Below the pieces are notes generated by a model. It was not told the DNA's origin, ran no database searches, and saw nothing but the letters and a program-made list of their open reading frames with translations. This document shows positions 1 through 13,700 of a stretch of 64,000 bases of DNA, one piece after another. Source of the DNA: Epiperipatus broadwayi (Eukaryota; Animalia; Onychophora). The DNA lies in assembly GCA_028023455.1 (NCBI GenBank), contig JAQFVV010000001.1:22568001-22632000 (forward strand). The letters run 5' to 3'. Positions within the stretch are counted from its first letter, which is position 1. The number at the start of each line of letters is the position of its first letter. Both the position numbers and the translations under genes were made by a program.

Positions 1-998
1 ATTAATTCCACCCTTATCAAAACAACATCAATTTATTTATACATCCAAATTAATTTTGACCAAAACATTTACATCTTTCTTTATAATTATTTTTATCTAC
101 GAAGACTATCCAATATTACAAAAATCTTTTTCTTTATATACATTTTGGTTAGTTAAAATAAGGAAGACATCATTAAAAATATCTATAGTTACCAGTCTAG
201 AATCAGACTTCTATAAATATGCAAGCAAGTTAGCTTTGATCCAAAATTTTATATATGTTTTTGAATCCTAGATATTTCAGTTAGTTAGTATGAAAAAACA
301 AAAGACTGCTAAAAATGTGGGCACAAATCCAATGCTCCTTATTAAAAATAGACAGAAATTAGCTTGAAGATTTGAATATAACCTTACTATCTAGGGTCTT
401 CTGATCATTTAAGCTTACAATAGCAGGTTCTACAATAGAATAAATAGAGTAAATTACTGCCCTAAAAATTAACAGAAAATGTTATATGATGCATTTTATT
501 TCTTAATATATATATATATATTCTTGCTATTAAAAGGTGTGAAGGTTGCCTTGACAGCAGTTAGAAATATTGGTTGCTATATTTACTGTGAATGTTTAGG
601 TGGTTACTGGTTGGAAACTAATTATATATATATATGTGTGTATGTATGTATGTATGTAAGTTTTCCAACTGATTTTGAAATATTAATATAGAGAATTGCT
701 TGCAAATGTTAAGAGTAATATTCTTTCAAATACAAAATTAAATAAATAATAACTTTAGTTATTAAAAAAAAAAAGATATAAGTAAAGTGTGCATTCAGAA
801 CATTAAAAAAACTGTAGTCTTTAACAAGATAATAAAAAAACCTCATTTCTCAATGAAAGATTATATAATATGTAAAATAAAATAAATCTGACATTTTTCA
901 CTACTTTGTTTAATTTAGTACATGTGCATTATATATAAGAAAAGATAAATTTCATGTGTCATTATAAAAATTTGCCAGGTAATTTTAAAGTAACTTAC

Positions 999-1168
999 TT
1001 CAAGTTTTTCTGAAATCCATTCAAAATTTTTTTTAACTTGTTCAAGAGCTTCAGCCGTAACTTCTTTCAGTTCTCTGTAAACCTGCTTGTCCTTCATTAA
1101 ACGTTTATCTCCAGATGGCCATAATCGCCAAGAATCACTATCAATAATATCAGCAACTACAACTTCAC
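999..1168 (-). CDS. PAICS: PAICS coding exon 5 (end of SAICAR synthetase domain; gene continues beyond the left edge)
   Basis: Acceptor TTTTAAG|GT, donor GAA|GTAAGT; 170 nt, phase 1 to 0. Translates [57 protein letters not shown] (DSWRLWP and DKQxYR motifs). No AIR carboxylase exon was recognised in 1-998. Confidence 0.95.
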
Positions 1169-2029
1169 CTTAAAATAAAAAACAAGTCAGCAATAGTATA
1201 AATAAAAACAAAGATTTACAGAATATTTTAAAATTACTTTTTTATCAATTTAAAGTTTCACTTTTGTTTATGTTAAAAATCTCATTTACAAACTACCAAA
1301 AATTTCTTTAAAATTACAAAGTTAATTGAAAAATCAATATTTTACTACAAATAAACTACAAATAGTTGTTTAACTTTAATATTTCATTTTTAGTCTCTTA
1401 TTTTAATTAAGTAAAATTTCATTCCATCAAAAATATATCTATAAAAAGATGTATGGTTATGTGGTATATCCTACACAAAGATAAATTTAGTGCTGTATTA
1501 AAAGTACAAGTCCATATCAATTATCCAATAACAATAAAAAACAGAAGCAAAAAAAGACAAATCTTTGGTTGGTATTTATTAGTTTAAAAAATGTGCATAT
1601 ATATAAAATGATAAAATTTTACAGTGTTAACAAATATATAATACTTGAAGAAATAAACCATAAGAGAGAATAAAAATCAGTCAAAATATTATTGCAACTT
1701 CATTGGAATTTGGCTTATATTTGAATTTGTAACCTTGGGTTAATTTTTGCTCATTTTAACAATCTTGCAAATAAATTACCAAATATCAAATACGTAAGGA
1801 TAGATTTTTACAATGCTGAACTAATAAAAACCAATATGTAACACTTAGATTGATAAATATCTAAATGCTTGCTAAGTCAATTTGAATAAGTTGCAATAGT
1901 TGATTTGATATTTACTTTTACTTGGACAACAGACAAAGATGAATTATTTTTATCTGTATGTAATTTTGATATTAGGGAATACTGCATTAATATAGCCAGT
2001 GCTCAGAGGTTTATTGCAACAAGTATTTC

Positions 2030-2065
<36 letters not shown>

Positions 2066-3808
2066 ATAATAACTAAAGGTGTGTGTGTGCACAATATTAT
2101 AAAACAAGATCTAATAATGCTTTAAGAAAACTTAGGATGTGAACAAAGATTGATGCTAATATTATTAATTTAATATTAATAGTTACAGCAACTTTAAATA
2201 AAACAAATTATTATGACTGATAATGTAATCCCTACAAAAAACATTTTAATTCTTTTCCTATAATTATTAAATTACAGTTAACATATATATGTACAAGTAT
2301 ATACAAGCATATTTATATATAAATTATAAAAATCCTTCATTTACTAAAACACCTATAATATTCCTTATGCTTTTCTATTTAAATATCCCTAAAATTTTAA
2401 AATTATAAAACATTCTATACAATTCTTTTTCTTTTTATTGGAAAAATTTCATCATTACATTAGCATTTTAGATAAATCAAGTTCATGTCTATAAAATTAA
2501 TTATGATTTAAATTAAGATATATGACATTGTACAATTAGAATTTTAAAAAAACTTGTCAATGTTAGCATAAATGTAACTGTTGTATTAGTATTAATAGAA
2601 TTTTGGTCAAAACATCAATATTAATAAATTTTTCCAGTTAAAAAAAAAAGTAGTGTATTTTCATATTTTTTATGACTATGAATATTTATATATAAACTAA
2701 ATTGGGTTTAACTATACTTTATAAATAATTTTATATATAGTATTATGTATAGAAATATAATATCTAAATTTTATTAATGGTATATAATATATACACGCAT
2801 AACTATAAATATGCGACTTTTTTTCGCATTAGTGAAGCTATAATTTTACTAATTTATAATAGCTTTGCTTAGCACTTTCGAGATTTCATGTTTGAATAAC
2901 CAAATTTTATAATATATATTGAGATAAAAATGTCTCTTACATGTATTACACACTTAAAAAGAAACTAACATAGTGTGTGTCATAGATTTGTGTTATCAAG
3001 GAAAAGAAAAAAATCACACTAATAAGTAATTTATAGAAATTATTAAAAAAAAAAACCCCCACTGTAGAATGACTGAAAATTTGGAAATACATAAGTAAAT
3101 AGTAATTTAAATATAAGAAAATTTCTGTGCTAGTAAAATTAGATTATTTAGTATGATTCTAATATAAAAATTATTGGTTAAATTATTTATTTTATTTAAA
3201 AAAATATGAATTGTAGAAATAAAATAAGTGCTTGCTTTATTAAGGTAATAAAAGTGAATTACTGGTGTTTATTTTAAATCAGAAAAAGTGACTAAAGATT
3301 AAATTTTAACTTTAAAAAATATTTCTATTCTTAATCAAAAGAGTGCAAAATTATGTTGTTTTTGTTTTGTGAATATAAATAGAAATACAACTATAGTATT
3401 TAAATTGGATTGTTATTATTATTATTATTAAAAATTTATTTTTACTCTTGTTTTCTGTGAAATACCTATCTAAACAATTCTTATCAATAAGCTATAAATA
3501 CTGAGTCACATGTTAATTCAGCAGCTTGAAAAGTCAAAAAGAGATTCACATACTAATAGGACTAATATGCCAATTGAAAATTTAGCTGTAAGAAAATATA
3601 AACTGACATTTATTCTCATGACAACTGTCAGGTTTACTGAATATTGCTAAGAATCAGTAGATCACTGTTGCTTTTTTGGAATTTAAATATGTATCTATCT
3701 GATGCTGATCAAGAAACCATTAACCATAACTTAGTCATTGTTTACACATTAATAAAAATATTCATCACCTAAATTATTCATACATAAAGCAAATGTATAT
3801 ATATATTG

Positions 3809-6800
3809 TACCCTCCTCCTTATATAATTTATCAATCTTTCACTAAAATATTACACTATCTTTAATATATAATATATAACTTATCAATTAATATATCAAT
3901 ATAATTAATATATTTATACTAATTATAAATTTATTACTTAATTATCAATATCTTTCAACATCTCAATCAATCTAACTTCTAATTATCCATTTAACTCTAC
4001 CATTCTTATATTTTATAAATAACTATCTTTAATAATATAATAAATAAATCTCAATCTTTTTAAAATATAATTAAATCTCATCTTCTAATTATCTATAATA
4101 ATATCATAATAATATAATTTAATATCAACCTAAATACCCTAACTTATTCTAATATAACATAACAATAATAATCTTTATTATATCTTAATCTTATCTATTA
4201 TATACTTTTAACATTAAAAATAATATATACATTCTTTATTTCCATATTATCTTAATTTTAAAATATACAAAATATAATTTAACAATCTCATAAATAATAT
4301 TATATCTTATCTTCATTATATTATTTTACATTAATATTATATCAATCAATTTCTATAAATTATATAAAAAATATTTATTTCTCCTCAAATAATAATATAA
4401 ATTCATATAAATATTATATTCAAAATCTGTTCAAATTTTTAAAATAATAATTACACATCTTTAAACAACTTAACAAATTTATTTACATCAACTTTAACAA
4501 ATAACTTATTTAACTATTTATTCAAATGGAACTAAAAAAATAAAACAAAAATAAAAAAATATAATAAAATTTTAACTTTATATTTATAATCATAATAATA
4601 ATTTATAATTTATAAATGTTTATCAATAACATTTAATAATTTATGATTTAAATTTAATAAAACATCATTTGTCATCAATTAATAAATAAAATTTTATAAA
4701 TATATTCATTACATAATAAATAAAAACTTTAATAATTTAAATCATTTCACTTAATCTATTTATTTATTTATAATACTAAATAATTTTATCATATTACTCA
4801 AATATTAATTAATTATAATGATAAATTTTAATATAATAACAATTATAATTAAACATTTATTTCATTCAATATAATTCATACTAATCTTACAAAATACAAT
4901 ATATATTCTTCTAAAATAATATTTTAAATTATTCAACAATTTCAAATTTTTATAAATATTATATTAAATAAAATTTATATTTTTTTATTTAAATCATTAC
5001 TTTTTTACTTTTATTCTTATTCCCTCTAATAAACTTCTACCTACAAATCATTTTAACTTATTTAACTTCAGAAAAATAGATACCAATTTTAAAAAAAAAA
5101 ATATTTATCCAAAATCTCATATACCTCATCATCTATACTAACCTTCAATCAAAATATAAATTTCTACATAAAATTAACTTAACTTATCTAATAAAAATAA
5201 AAAATAAATATAATTTTATAACCCTTAACTGAAAAAAAAATAAATAACTTACACTAATAATAAATCTAATTCCTAATATTTAACAAAACATTAAAATTTA
5301 TTCACAAAGAATCATATAATTATTTCTAGTTCTATATTATATTTATAACTTTCACCATCAATTTAAATAATATAAAATAAAATCTATTATTAATCTTATC
5401 TTATATTATTTAAATATTAACATTCATTCAACAATCAAAAACATTTTTATCTAAAGAAAACATAGTAAATACATCAAATTATTATTATCACAAATTTTTA
5501 CCAAAAGATATTTAATACCATCCTCCAATTATTTTAAAAATATTTAATTTCACCAACAATTATCTTTAAAAATCTTTTAATATAAAAAAATTCAATAAAA
5601 TTTATATTAATATTTACTTTTTAAAAAAAAACTTTCCTATCTTTAATAAATAATTTAATTAAATATTTATTTAGTTAATAAAAAAACATATCAAAAACCA
5701 ATGCTTCTTCCACTATAATTTTCTTTTTCCCAAATTTCACCAAACATACTTTTCACTTTTTAAATTTTTTAAAAAAACTTCTTTTTTTAAAAAAAAAATA
5801 AAGAAAATTTCCAACAACAAAATAAAATAAAATATTTATGACTAGATTTTTCTTTAAAAAAATATTTTAAATATTAATTTTTATAAATTTTATAAGTTTA
5901 TTTAATTATTTTTAATTGATTTGATACCTAATTATTTATCTAACAATATTTAGGTAAGATATTTTACTCCAATAAACTTAATAATATAATATTTTTATAT
6001 ATATTTCCCATAAATTTCCAATTTATTTCCTTTTAAAACTACATAATTTATCCTTTAAACCAAAAGATAACAAAATTAACTATTTCCACTTTTAAGTTAT
6101 AACTTAGATTTATAATTTATAAAACTTTTAAAAAATTTCTCTCTTAAATCTTTTTAAAAAATAATACCACACTTTTAAAATATAACAACATATTATTTTA
6201 ACTTACCTCCTATTAACCTTTTTAAATTTTTATATAAAGCCAAACATTTATCCTTACTTCAGACATTTATAAATATATCAGACAAGAAATATAATAAAAT
6301 AACACTCATTTAAATTTATAAATATTTTAAAAAAACTCCTATAATTTTAAAACAATTTTGAGCCTAAATTACTACTATTCTAACCCTTACGATTTAACAC
6401 CCCTCCGAACAATGACTGTTTTATACCAAAAACCCCACCTGATGGTAAATAAACAACAACCATATTTCATATTTTCCAACAAGACAAATAAAAAAAATAA
6501 ACTATTTAATATTTATTATTTATCACATTATTAAATTCTTAAAAACTTTATCTTTATTTAAACCATAACATTTTTAAATATTCCTTCTTTATTTCCTTTT
6601 AACTTTTATAAGATTATTTTTAAACAAATAAGCTATTTTTATTTTTAATTTTAAAAATCAGATTTAATATTTCACATTAATTATTTTTATTTTTATTTCG
6701 AGCAATATAATATTTATAAATTTTAACAAATTTAAAATATTTTCAACTCTAAAAAACCCCAACACACCACTTTTCAACAGACACAACGCGAAAACTAAAA

Positions 6801-7085
6801 AAAAAAAATCATTTTTAAAAATAAATATTTTTAAAAAAAAAACTTATAACAATTTTTAAAAAAATCGTATAAAACAAATATTAACTTCTATCATTCTAAA
6901 ATAAAATATTTATATTTATTTATTAAATATTAATCTTTATCAACAAAAAATCATTAATTTTAACTTGTCTTTTTAAACTTAACTTTAAACATTTATTTAT
7001 TAAATTTATTAACGTATAATACTTTCCCAACCAACTACATTCCCAACCCCCAAACACCCAACCACAACCCACTTTAAACACTCAA
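3809..7085 (-). mobile_element. Full-length-sized, heavily decayed RTE-type LINE with near-total loss of C on its sense strand
   Basis: Minus-strand motif remnants occur in the correct order and spacing: HQVGFLV (6424-6444, APE GVGF), LDKNVFD (5434-5454, xAFD), TAA-GGG = QG (5222-5227), DD (5128-5133), GIRIKVKK (~5000-5023), FEIVE*FK (4923-4946) and KRLRFIYYIIKDSYL*NI...MLKDI (~3947-4063, RTE-like C-terminus). Motifs were read by eye through many stops and indels. Confidence 0.55.
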
Positions 7086-8764
7086 GTGTTAAAAAAAAAC
7101 CAAAACAAATTTAAAATTTAGACAAATCCACAAAAGCACAGAAAGAAAAAAAGAAAATATTGCTACACAGTCAAGAAGTAGTCATTTATCTAAATATATT
7201 CACATATGGAGAAATGAAGGCAAATATTACAAATGAAGTACAGTATTAGTTTCATATGTATGACACACATTATTTACACTCAAACAGGAAAAATAAATAG
7301 AATATAAAAGCATTCCTTGTAAAATAACTTTATCTGATTTATAAAAAAGTCATTCTCACAGAAATGCAAAATCTGGATAAATATACTTTCTAGCACTAAT
7401 ACATTTAAAATAAATGATAATTGAATTAAAAAGGACATTTCTTCCTGCTGTAAAACATCTAACTATAACCTGGGAAAGATTGTCAAGGATATTTTTTTCA
7501 TGAATTTAATTACAGTAAAAATGTTGTACTCATTTTTTAATTTTTAAATCTTTTATTTAGAAAGTGAAATCTTGATTGACAACACTAATTTATTTAAACT
7601 AAAGTGATAATTTATTATTAAACAAAAATTATAAACATTGATTATATTTGTAAATTATAACAAGGTTATATATTAATATATTGCATCTATAATCAGGCAA
7701 ACACATATAAACCAAAATAATTAATTTTGATTTTATTAGAGTATTGAGCCTTAAACTAGAGAATCAACTAAGATAATTCAAACTTTATGTCTAATATACT
7801 TTATTGTCAAGTACATGCATGTATCTGCATATCTATTTTAAGATCAAATTTGGTAATTTTAAAGTTGATTAAGACATGTATACCAGACCAATATTATTGC
7901 CATTGTACAACTTCATTTCAATATATATGTACAGTGACAATTATTTTATATTCATTTGAAAATGTTCAGAATCAACTAAATTATCTATTCGTTAAATTAG
8001 CACAATAAAATATTTATATCTGCCAATAATCTATTATTTAGAGATTTATTACTTTATTTATTCAATACATCTTTATATATTTAATAAATGTAGTTGTCCA
8101 TCCACAATTTCATATATACATTTTTGGACTACATATCTTATTCATACATTTTATCAATATACCTCTCAGGTTCCTTACTTTATGTGAAATTGCTCTTGAT
8201 GGTTAATAACAAACTATGTATGTGGATTCTATATAGTTCCCTTTGGGAATCAGAAAGATTTTGGAGCATTACCAAGAATCATTTTCAAGAACCACACTCA
8301 TAAGAGAATTGACTGACAAGGAATGTCTTGATGGTTACACATTATTGTTGGCATACTTAATATCTATTAGTAAGTACATATACTAATCTATGATTATTTC
8401 TAACATTTATTATCCATTGTTAACCATTATCAATGAATCACATATAATACATATTTGGTGCAACGTGTGGCCAACCAAGTATATAAAAGTATACAAAGTT
8501 GTAACACACTCCAAACCATTTCAAATTATATATATATATATATATATTGTGGTACGAATGTATATTAAAGTTCACAAATGTCCTTGTCCAAACTTGCCAT
8601 TCTTATTAATAAGGTATCAACTAGAAAGGGATTCCCTTTTAGCTACTAGGATAGATGGATGGCATAATGTGAATTTCTTAATTATATTTAACAAAAAAAA
8701 GAAGCTGAAATTTTCATTATTTCTGCAATGTTTACATATACATAATACTTGAATTACCCATTAC

Positions 8765-8902
8765 TATATTATTCCAGCTATCCTTCCCTTTTGAATAAAG
8801 AAAGCTCAAATTTTTAGCAGTCCCGTGAAAAGGGAATTCCTTTTCAATGAACTGCTAAAATTTAAGCTTTATTTAAGGGGGAAGTGTGGCTGGAATAATA
8901 TA
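8765..8902. mobile_element. Short palindromic MITE (~138 bp)
   Basis: TATATTATTCCAGC pairs with GCTGGAATAATATA, TTAGCAGT with ACTGCTAA, and the centre is GAAAAGGGAATTCCTTTTC. Confidence 0.7.
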
Positions 8903-9199
8903 ACTATAGGGCGTTTCAAGTATTTTATATAGATTTCAGCTAGCATTATGAATTGTTTCTATTTCATATATATAAAAGATAGAAGTTTAAACTTATTCTT
9001 TAAACTGTCTACACATATATCTAAAATAAATAATTTCTAAATGAATATATACATATAATTAATAAATAACTATATGTTTAGTAATTATTCTTTTAAATCA
9101 CATTCTTAGCATTACTATACAAAAAATTAAATATTATTAGTCCTTTCTTTCTAAGGTCTAACATTTCTCATATCTCATTGCTAAAAGAAGTATAAAGAT

Positions 9200-9620
9200 G
9201 AACCTGTGATCCAAAAGCAAATTTCTTACCTTTTCTACAGTTATTCTAAAGAAGTAGCTTTTTCCTATATAAGTTCCTGGATTTGATCTTGGTTCACATT
9301 TTTCAAGAATAGGCTAATTAGTTTCTCTTATTTTTAATGATAATTCGGAAGATATAGCCACAACATTAAATTCTCTTTATGACTTACTTAGCCACCCTTT
9401 GATTTAATGAATAGTACTATACATATTTCTTATGGACAAATATTTAAATACCCTAAATATCAACAAGCTACTTTGAATGTTTGTATTACATGTCAGGAGT
9501 TTTACAGCAATCAATAAAAAATAATTTCTTCGGCTTTTTTGAAAAGGCATTTTGAAGTCTATAGCAGTATTAAATGATGCTAATTCATCTCTCCTATCTT
9601 ATTACTCACAATAATATAAA
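9200..9620 (-). mobile_element. Possible LINE post-RT fragment
   Basis: Minus-strand NQRVASKS*REFNVVAISSELSLKIRETN*PIL resembles the RTE-type pattern RIxKA..F......LS.K.....Y....PIL. Weak. Confidence 0.4.
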
Positions 9621-10758
9621 TAATAACTTTTATTTCTTTTCTTATAAAATAAATTATAATAATCCTCCCATATTCATGCCATTTGATTGGAAATCTTGGC
9701 ACAAATATTGAAATTCACGGATAATAGAACTGTATTTACTATGTACATGCATACATAAATGTGAGAATGTGCTGTAATTGCATTATGAAATAAAAAATAA
9801 ACCATGAGATATGAAAATTGCAAATATAGGGAAATATTATATAATAACTAATTGCTTTTTTTGGTATGTATTTTTCCAAGAAAAAACATTTTAAGAAGTT
9901 TTCAGTCATAAAAAGTATTCAATTTATTTTCCTTTATTCAAAGATTAATTAAGAAAGATTTCTGATTATAAAAATAATTATTTATATTTCAGATTTTTTT
10001 TTTTGTCAACAGATTATCCTGCACAATAAATATAATAAAGTATATACATTAATTTCTTATATTATTATTCTACATTATTTCTACTATCATTTTTAAATCT
10101 GTGTGATGTCTATAGTACAATGATTTGACCATATATGTATAATAATTTTTAGGAATTTATTGATTTCAGTCGAATGTAATTTAAGTTAGAATTTTAACCA
10201 ATCATTGACTTTAAATAACAAATGCTAATAAGTGTTAAGAAATATGGGCATGTGGCATACACCATCTTTTTTGTTATTGTATTGTCTTTGTAACAGTGTT
10301 TTTATTTTTTCTGTATCTTAAAAATTGGATTTTTTATTAAAATTTTAATAAAAGGAGGTTTTTAATTTTTTATTTGATTTTTTTTTTAAAACTTTATACA
10401 AAAGAATTAACGGCAATGTTTTTTTCTGAAAATATAATTTATTAATCTGATATGTATGCATTGAAATCAGAGGGCTTAGAATCTAAGTAACTGTACGAAT
10501 ATAATATTTTTCATATAAATAATTTATAATTTTGAGTTGCAGAATGTCTGCTTGGGTTCTGATACATATATATATGTAATTCCTTGGATTTAGATCCTAA
10601 CCAAAGATAAATATGATATTTCAGAGATAATATTTTTTATTACCTGTAACTATACAATATTTTTAATATAATTTTTTATATAAGTAATTTATAATGCAGT
10701 AGGATAATGGTTTGTTTTGTGTTGTAGAATGTCTGATTGCGTTCCAATATATATATAA

Positions 10759-13700
10759 CAGGGGTGGCCAACTTTTGTGTTCATAAGATCGACTTTTTAT
10801 TTTGAAAATGTGTTGCGATCGACTTGTTGTCATAGGCGTAGTCTAAGTGGAGAAAGATGTGAAATACATACTATTTTTATATATCTACTGACGTAAAAAA
10901 ATAACAATTATTTAACAGGCTAAAAAACTCATGCCCGTGGGAATTAAAGCAACATGGTTAATTATTAACAATATTTATTAATTCAAATTAGCTACTGATA
11001 AAGACATATTTAGAATTTATTTTATTATCTTAACATTAATGGGAAAACTGTGTTTGCATGTCTCTAACCAAGGAATCATAATTAGGTGTATATCCTGACA
11101 AAGATAATAATAAAGAATCCTCAGTATGGGAATCAGTTAGGACAGAACGTTGTTTAGTCTTCGTTAACTTTAAGTATGAAAATGCCGATTCTCACAGGTA
11201 TGTAGATCCGAAACAAGAATAAATATATTCGCTGCATTTGATGATATTGGGATATTTTTCTTGGTTGACGTATTTCCAAAAATCTTCTTCAAATTTTCTA
11301 GCTTGTAAGATTAAATCAGTTTGTAAAATTATAATTTCATTTTCTAAAGCCTTTTGCTCCATATGAAATATGTCTGAAATTTTTTGGCTAATGCATTTCA
11401 CATTTAAATCTATTTTAAAAGGAAAAGATATACATTCCACAATTTCTTTAATTTTTTCAAATTCTTGGAATCTTACTTTAAAATCTTCAATTACTTTTTG
11501 GATTTCCGCGATATATTTGTCGATATTATAATTAATATTTTTATGCTTTTGTAGGTGATCCGCCATATTTGGAAAATGATTCAGATTATTTTGTTGCAGA
11601 TCTTCTATTAGCATAATAAATTTTGTCTTATATGCATCTACACAATTGATCATACCAATTACTGTTTTATTTCTACCTTGTAATTCTATATTTAAATGAC
11701 TTAACATTGAAGTAAAATCGGTTAGAAAAGCTAAGTCACTAAGCCAAATTTCATCATTTAAATTTTCACATTTACCATCTTGCTCGTGGAGAAAATCTAT
11801 TACTTCAGGCAATAAATCACGAAATCGTTGCAGAAATTTAGCTCTGCTTAACCATCTTACATTGGTATGTAATAATAATTCAGGTTGGCCTTCATCAAGC
11901 TGCAGTTGGAAGAGACGTTGTTTGGAGGAACTTCCTCAAATTGAATTAACAATTTTAAACGCTATGTCCATTACTTCTTTTGTGTTTAGTCTCTTGCTGG
12001 CTAACACTTGCTGGTGAATTATACAGTGGTAGCTCAAAAAAGCTGGAAATTCATCTTCATTTTGACATAGGGCTATAAATCCATTTATGCGACCTATCAT
12101 TGCAGCTGCACCATCCGTTGTTATTGAAACTAATTTAAAAAGTGGTACTTTCAAATCATTGAGCAAGTTTTTAAAGGCTTTGAATATATCTACACCTCTA
12201 GTTCTTTCTTTCAAAGAAATCAGACCCAACAATTCTTCTTTAGATGTAAAATCTTTAAAAACCATACGAATGAAAACAAGTAATTGTGCTGTATCACTTA
12301 TATCTGTTGATTCATCACATTGAAGGGAAAAACAAGAACATCTATTAATATCATTATATAACTGTTCTTTTACATTTCCACTCATCTTCTCAATTCGTCG
12401 CACCACAGTGTTTCAAGATAGTTGCAGATCTTGAATTGCAGCAATAATTTCACTCTTGTTATGAAAATTGCTAAAAAGTGAATCTGACATTTCCAAAAAA
12501 ATTTCCTTTACAAATTCACCCTCGGAAAATGGTTTACATTTTTTTGCTAAAAGATAATTTACTTTGAATGATGCAGTAGTTACTGCTTGAGACTTCAACA
12601 TTGGCTTTTTAAAAACTTTTTGTTGATTTTTTAACTGAGTTTTAAGATCCCTAACTTTACGTTTTCTCAATTCGGTACTTTGTGGATAATCTGTTTGATA
12701 CTTGATATGTAAAGCTAAAAAATGTCTCTCCAGATTACCCTTTTTAGCAATGGCTATCGAGGTAAAGCATATTAAGCAACAACATTTACCATTCACCATT
12801 GTAAAAAAGTAGTCGAGTTCCCATTCTTCATTGAAATGATAAGTTTTCGATTTTTTTGGTTTACTACTCATGTTCATGGGTATACTAAAATGAAAAAAGA
12901 AATACTTATGACAATTTTATTTCCCCAAACTTAACTGATAAAAATTGAATATTCAAAGTAAATAATAAATATTGAATTAAATATTTTGCAAAAAAATTAA
13001 AAATTCATGAACTGCGATCATTAACTCTGTTAACGACTTCAGCTTAAACGTCTGTTGCCGAGAAGGCTCATTAATCAAGTAAATAGATAGATAAGAAAAG
13101 CCACAATTTAAATTAAAGCATAAGAAAAGGTACTTACATTTTAAACAGAAGAAAAATTGAAACTCCACGTGGTCACTGTCAATAGATAATATTGATTAAT
13201 AATAATAATATTGTTCATACGGGGGCACTACTACATTCTGAATATTAGAGAATGAACATTTAGTAATGAAAACTGGGAGTTTTTATATCAAATCTTTCTC
13301 TTCCCCTGCATAAGTCATAACTTGTTGACAACTTTAAGTCTTATATTTTAGTTTTTAACACTACTTTATTAAATCTTAGTAAAGACAAAAACTCCAGCTG
13401 AGTAATTGATAAATAGTGCTGGTCCAGTGATTTTGCCTTTGTCTTACATTTATTTTTAATTTTTTTTTTTTTTTCAAATTTCAGCTCTTGGTTACCAGGT
13501 GAGAGTCAGAATGATTTCCAAGAAATAAATCTTTTTTAAAAAAGAGATTTCAGTTCTGTAAAGTGTAAACATTCTCTTATATGTGTAACACTATCACACT
13601 GAATTTAGGATTTTATATGCAAATGCAAGCAAATTTATAAACTAAATTTATAATAACTTAAAATAGATAATTTAGAAAAGTTATTTAAATTCACAAAATC

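Noticed and set aside
3809-7085. Mitochondrial insertion (NUMT), suggested by the C-rich, G-poor strand skew
   Set aside because: No rrnL/rrnS landmarks, tRNA cloverleaves or ND/COX motifs were found. Under 2% G is too low even for arthropod J-strand sequence, and LINE motifs fit better.
56-8752. Short track ORFs (56-271, 479-691, 7787-8008, 8094-8303, 8390-8752) and most other 60-125 aa ORFs in the window
   Set aside because: They are rich in Ile/Tyr/Phe/Lys as expected for random AT-rich DNA, lack motifs and splice context, and several run through microsatellites.
11192-12415. UGA recoding or readthrough, since all three transposase stops are TGA
   Set aside because: The stops replace different residues (probably Arg, Arg and Cys), PAICS uses TGG for Trp, and CpG deamination explains two of the three.
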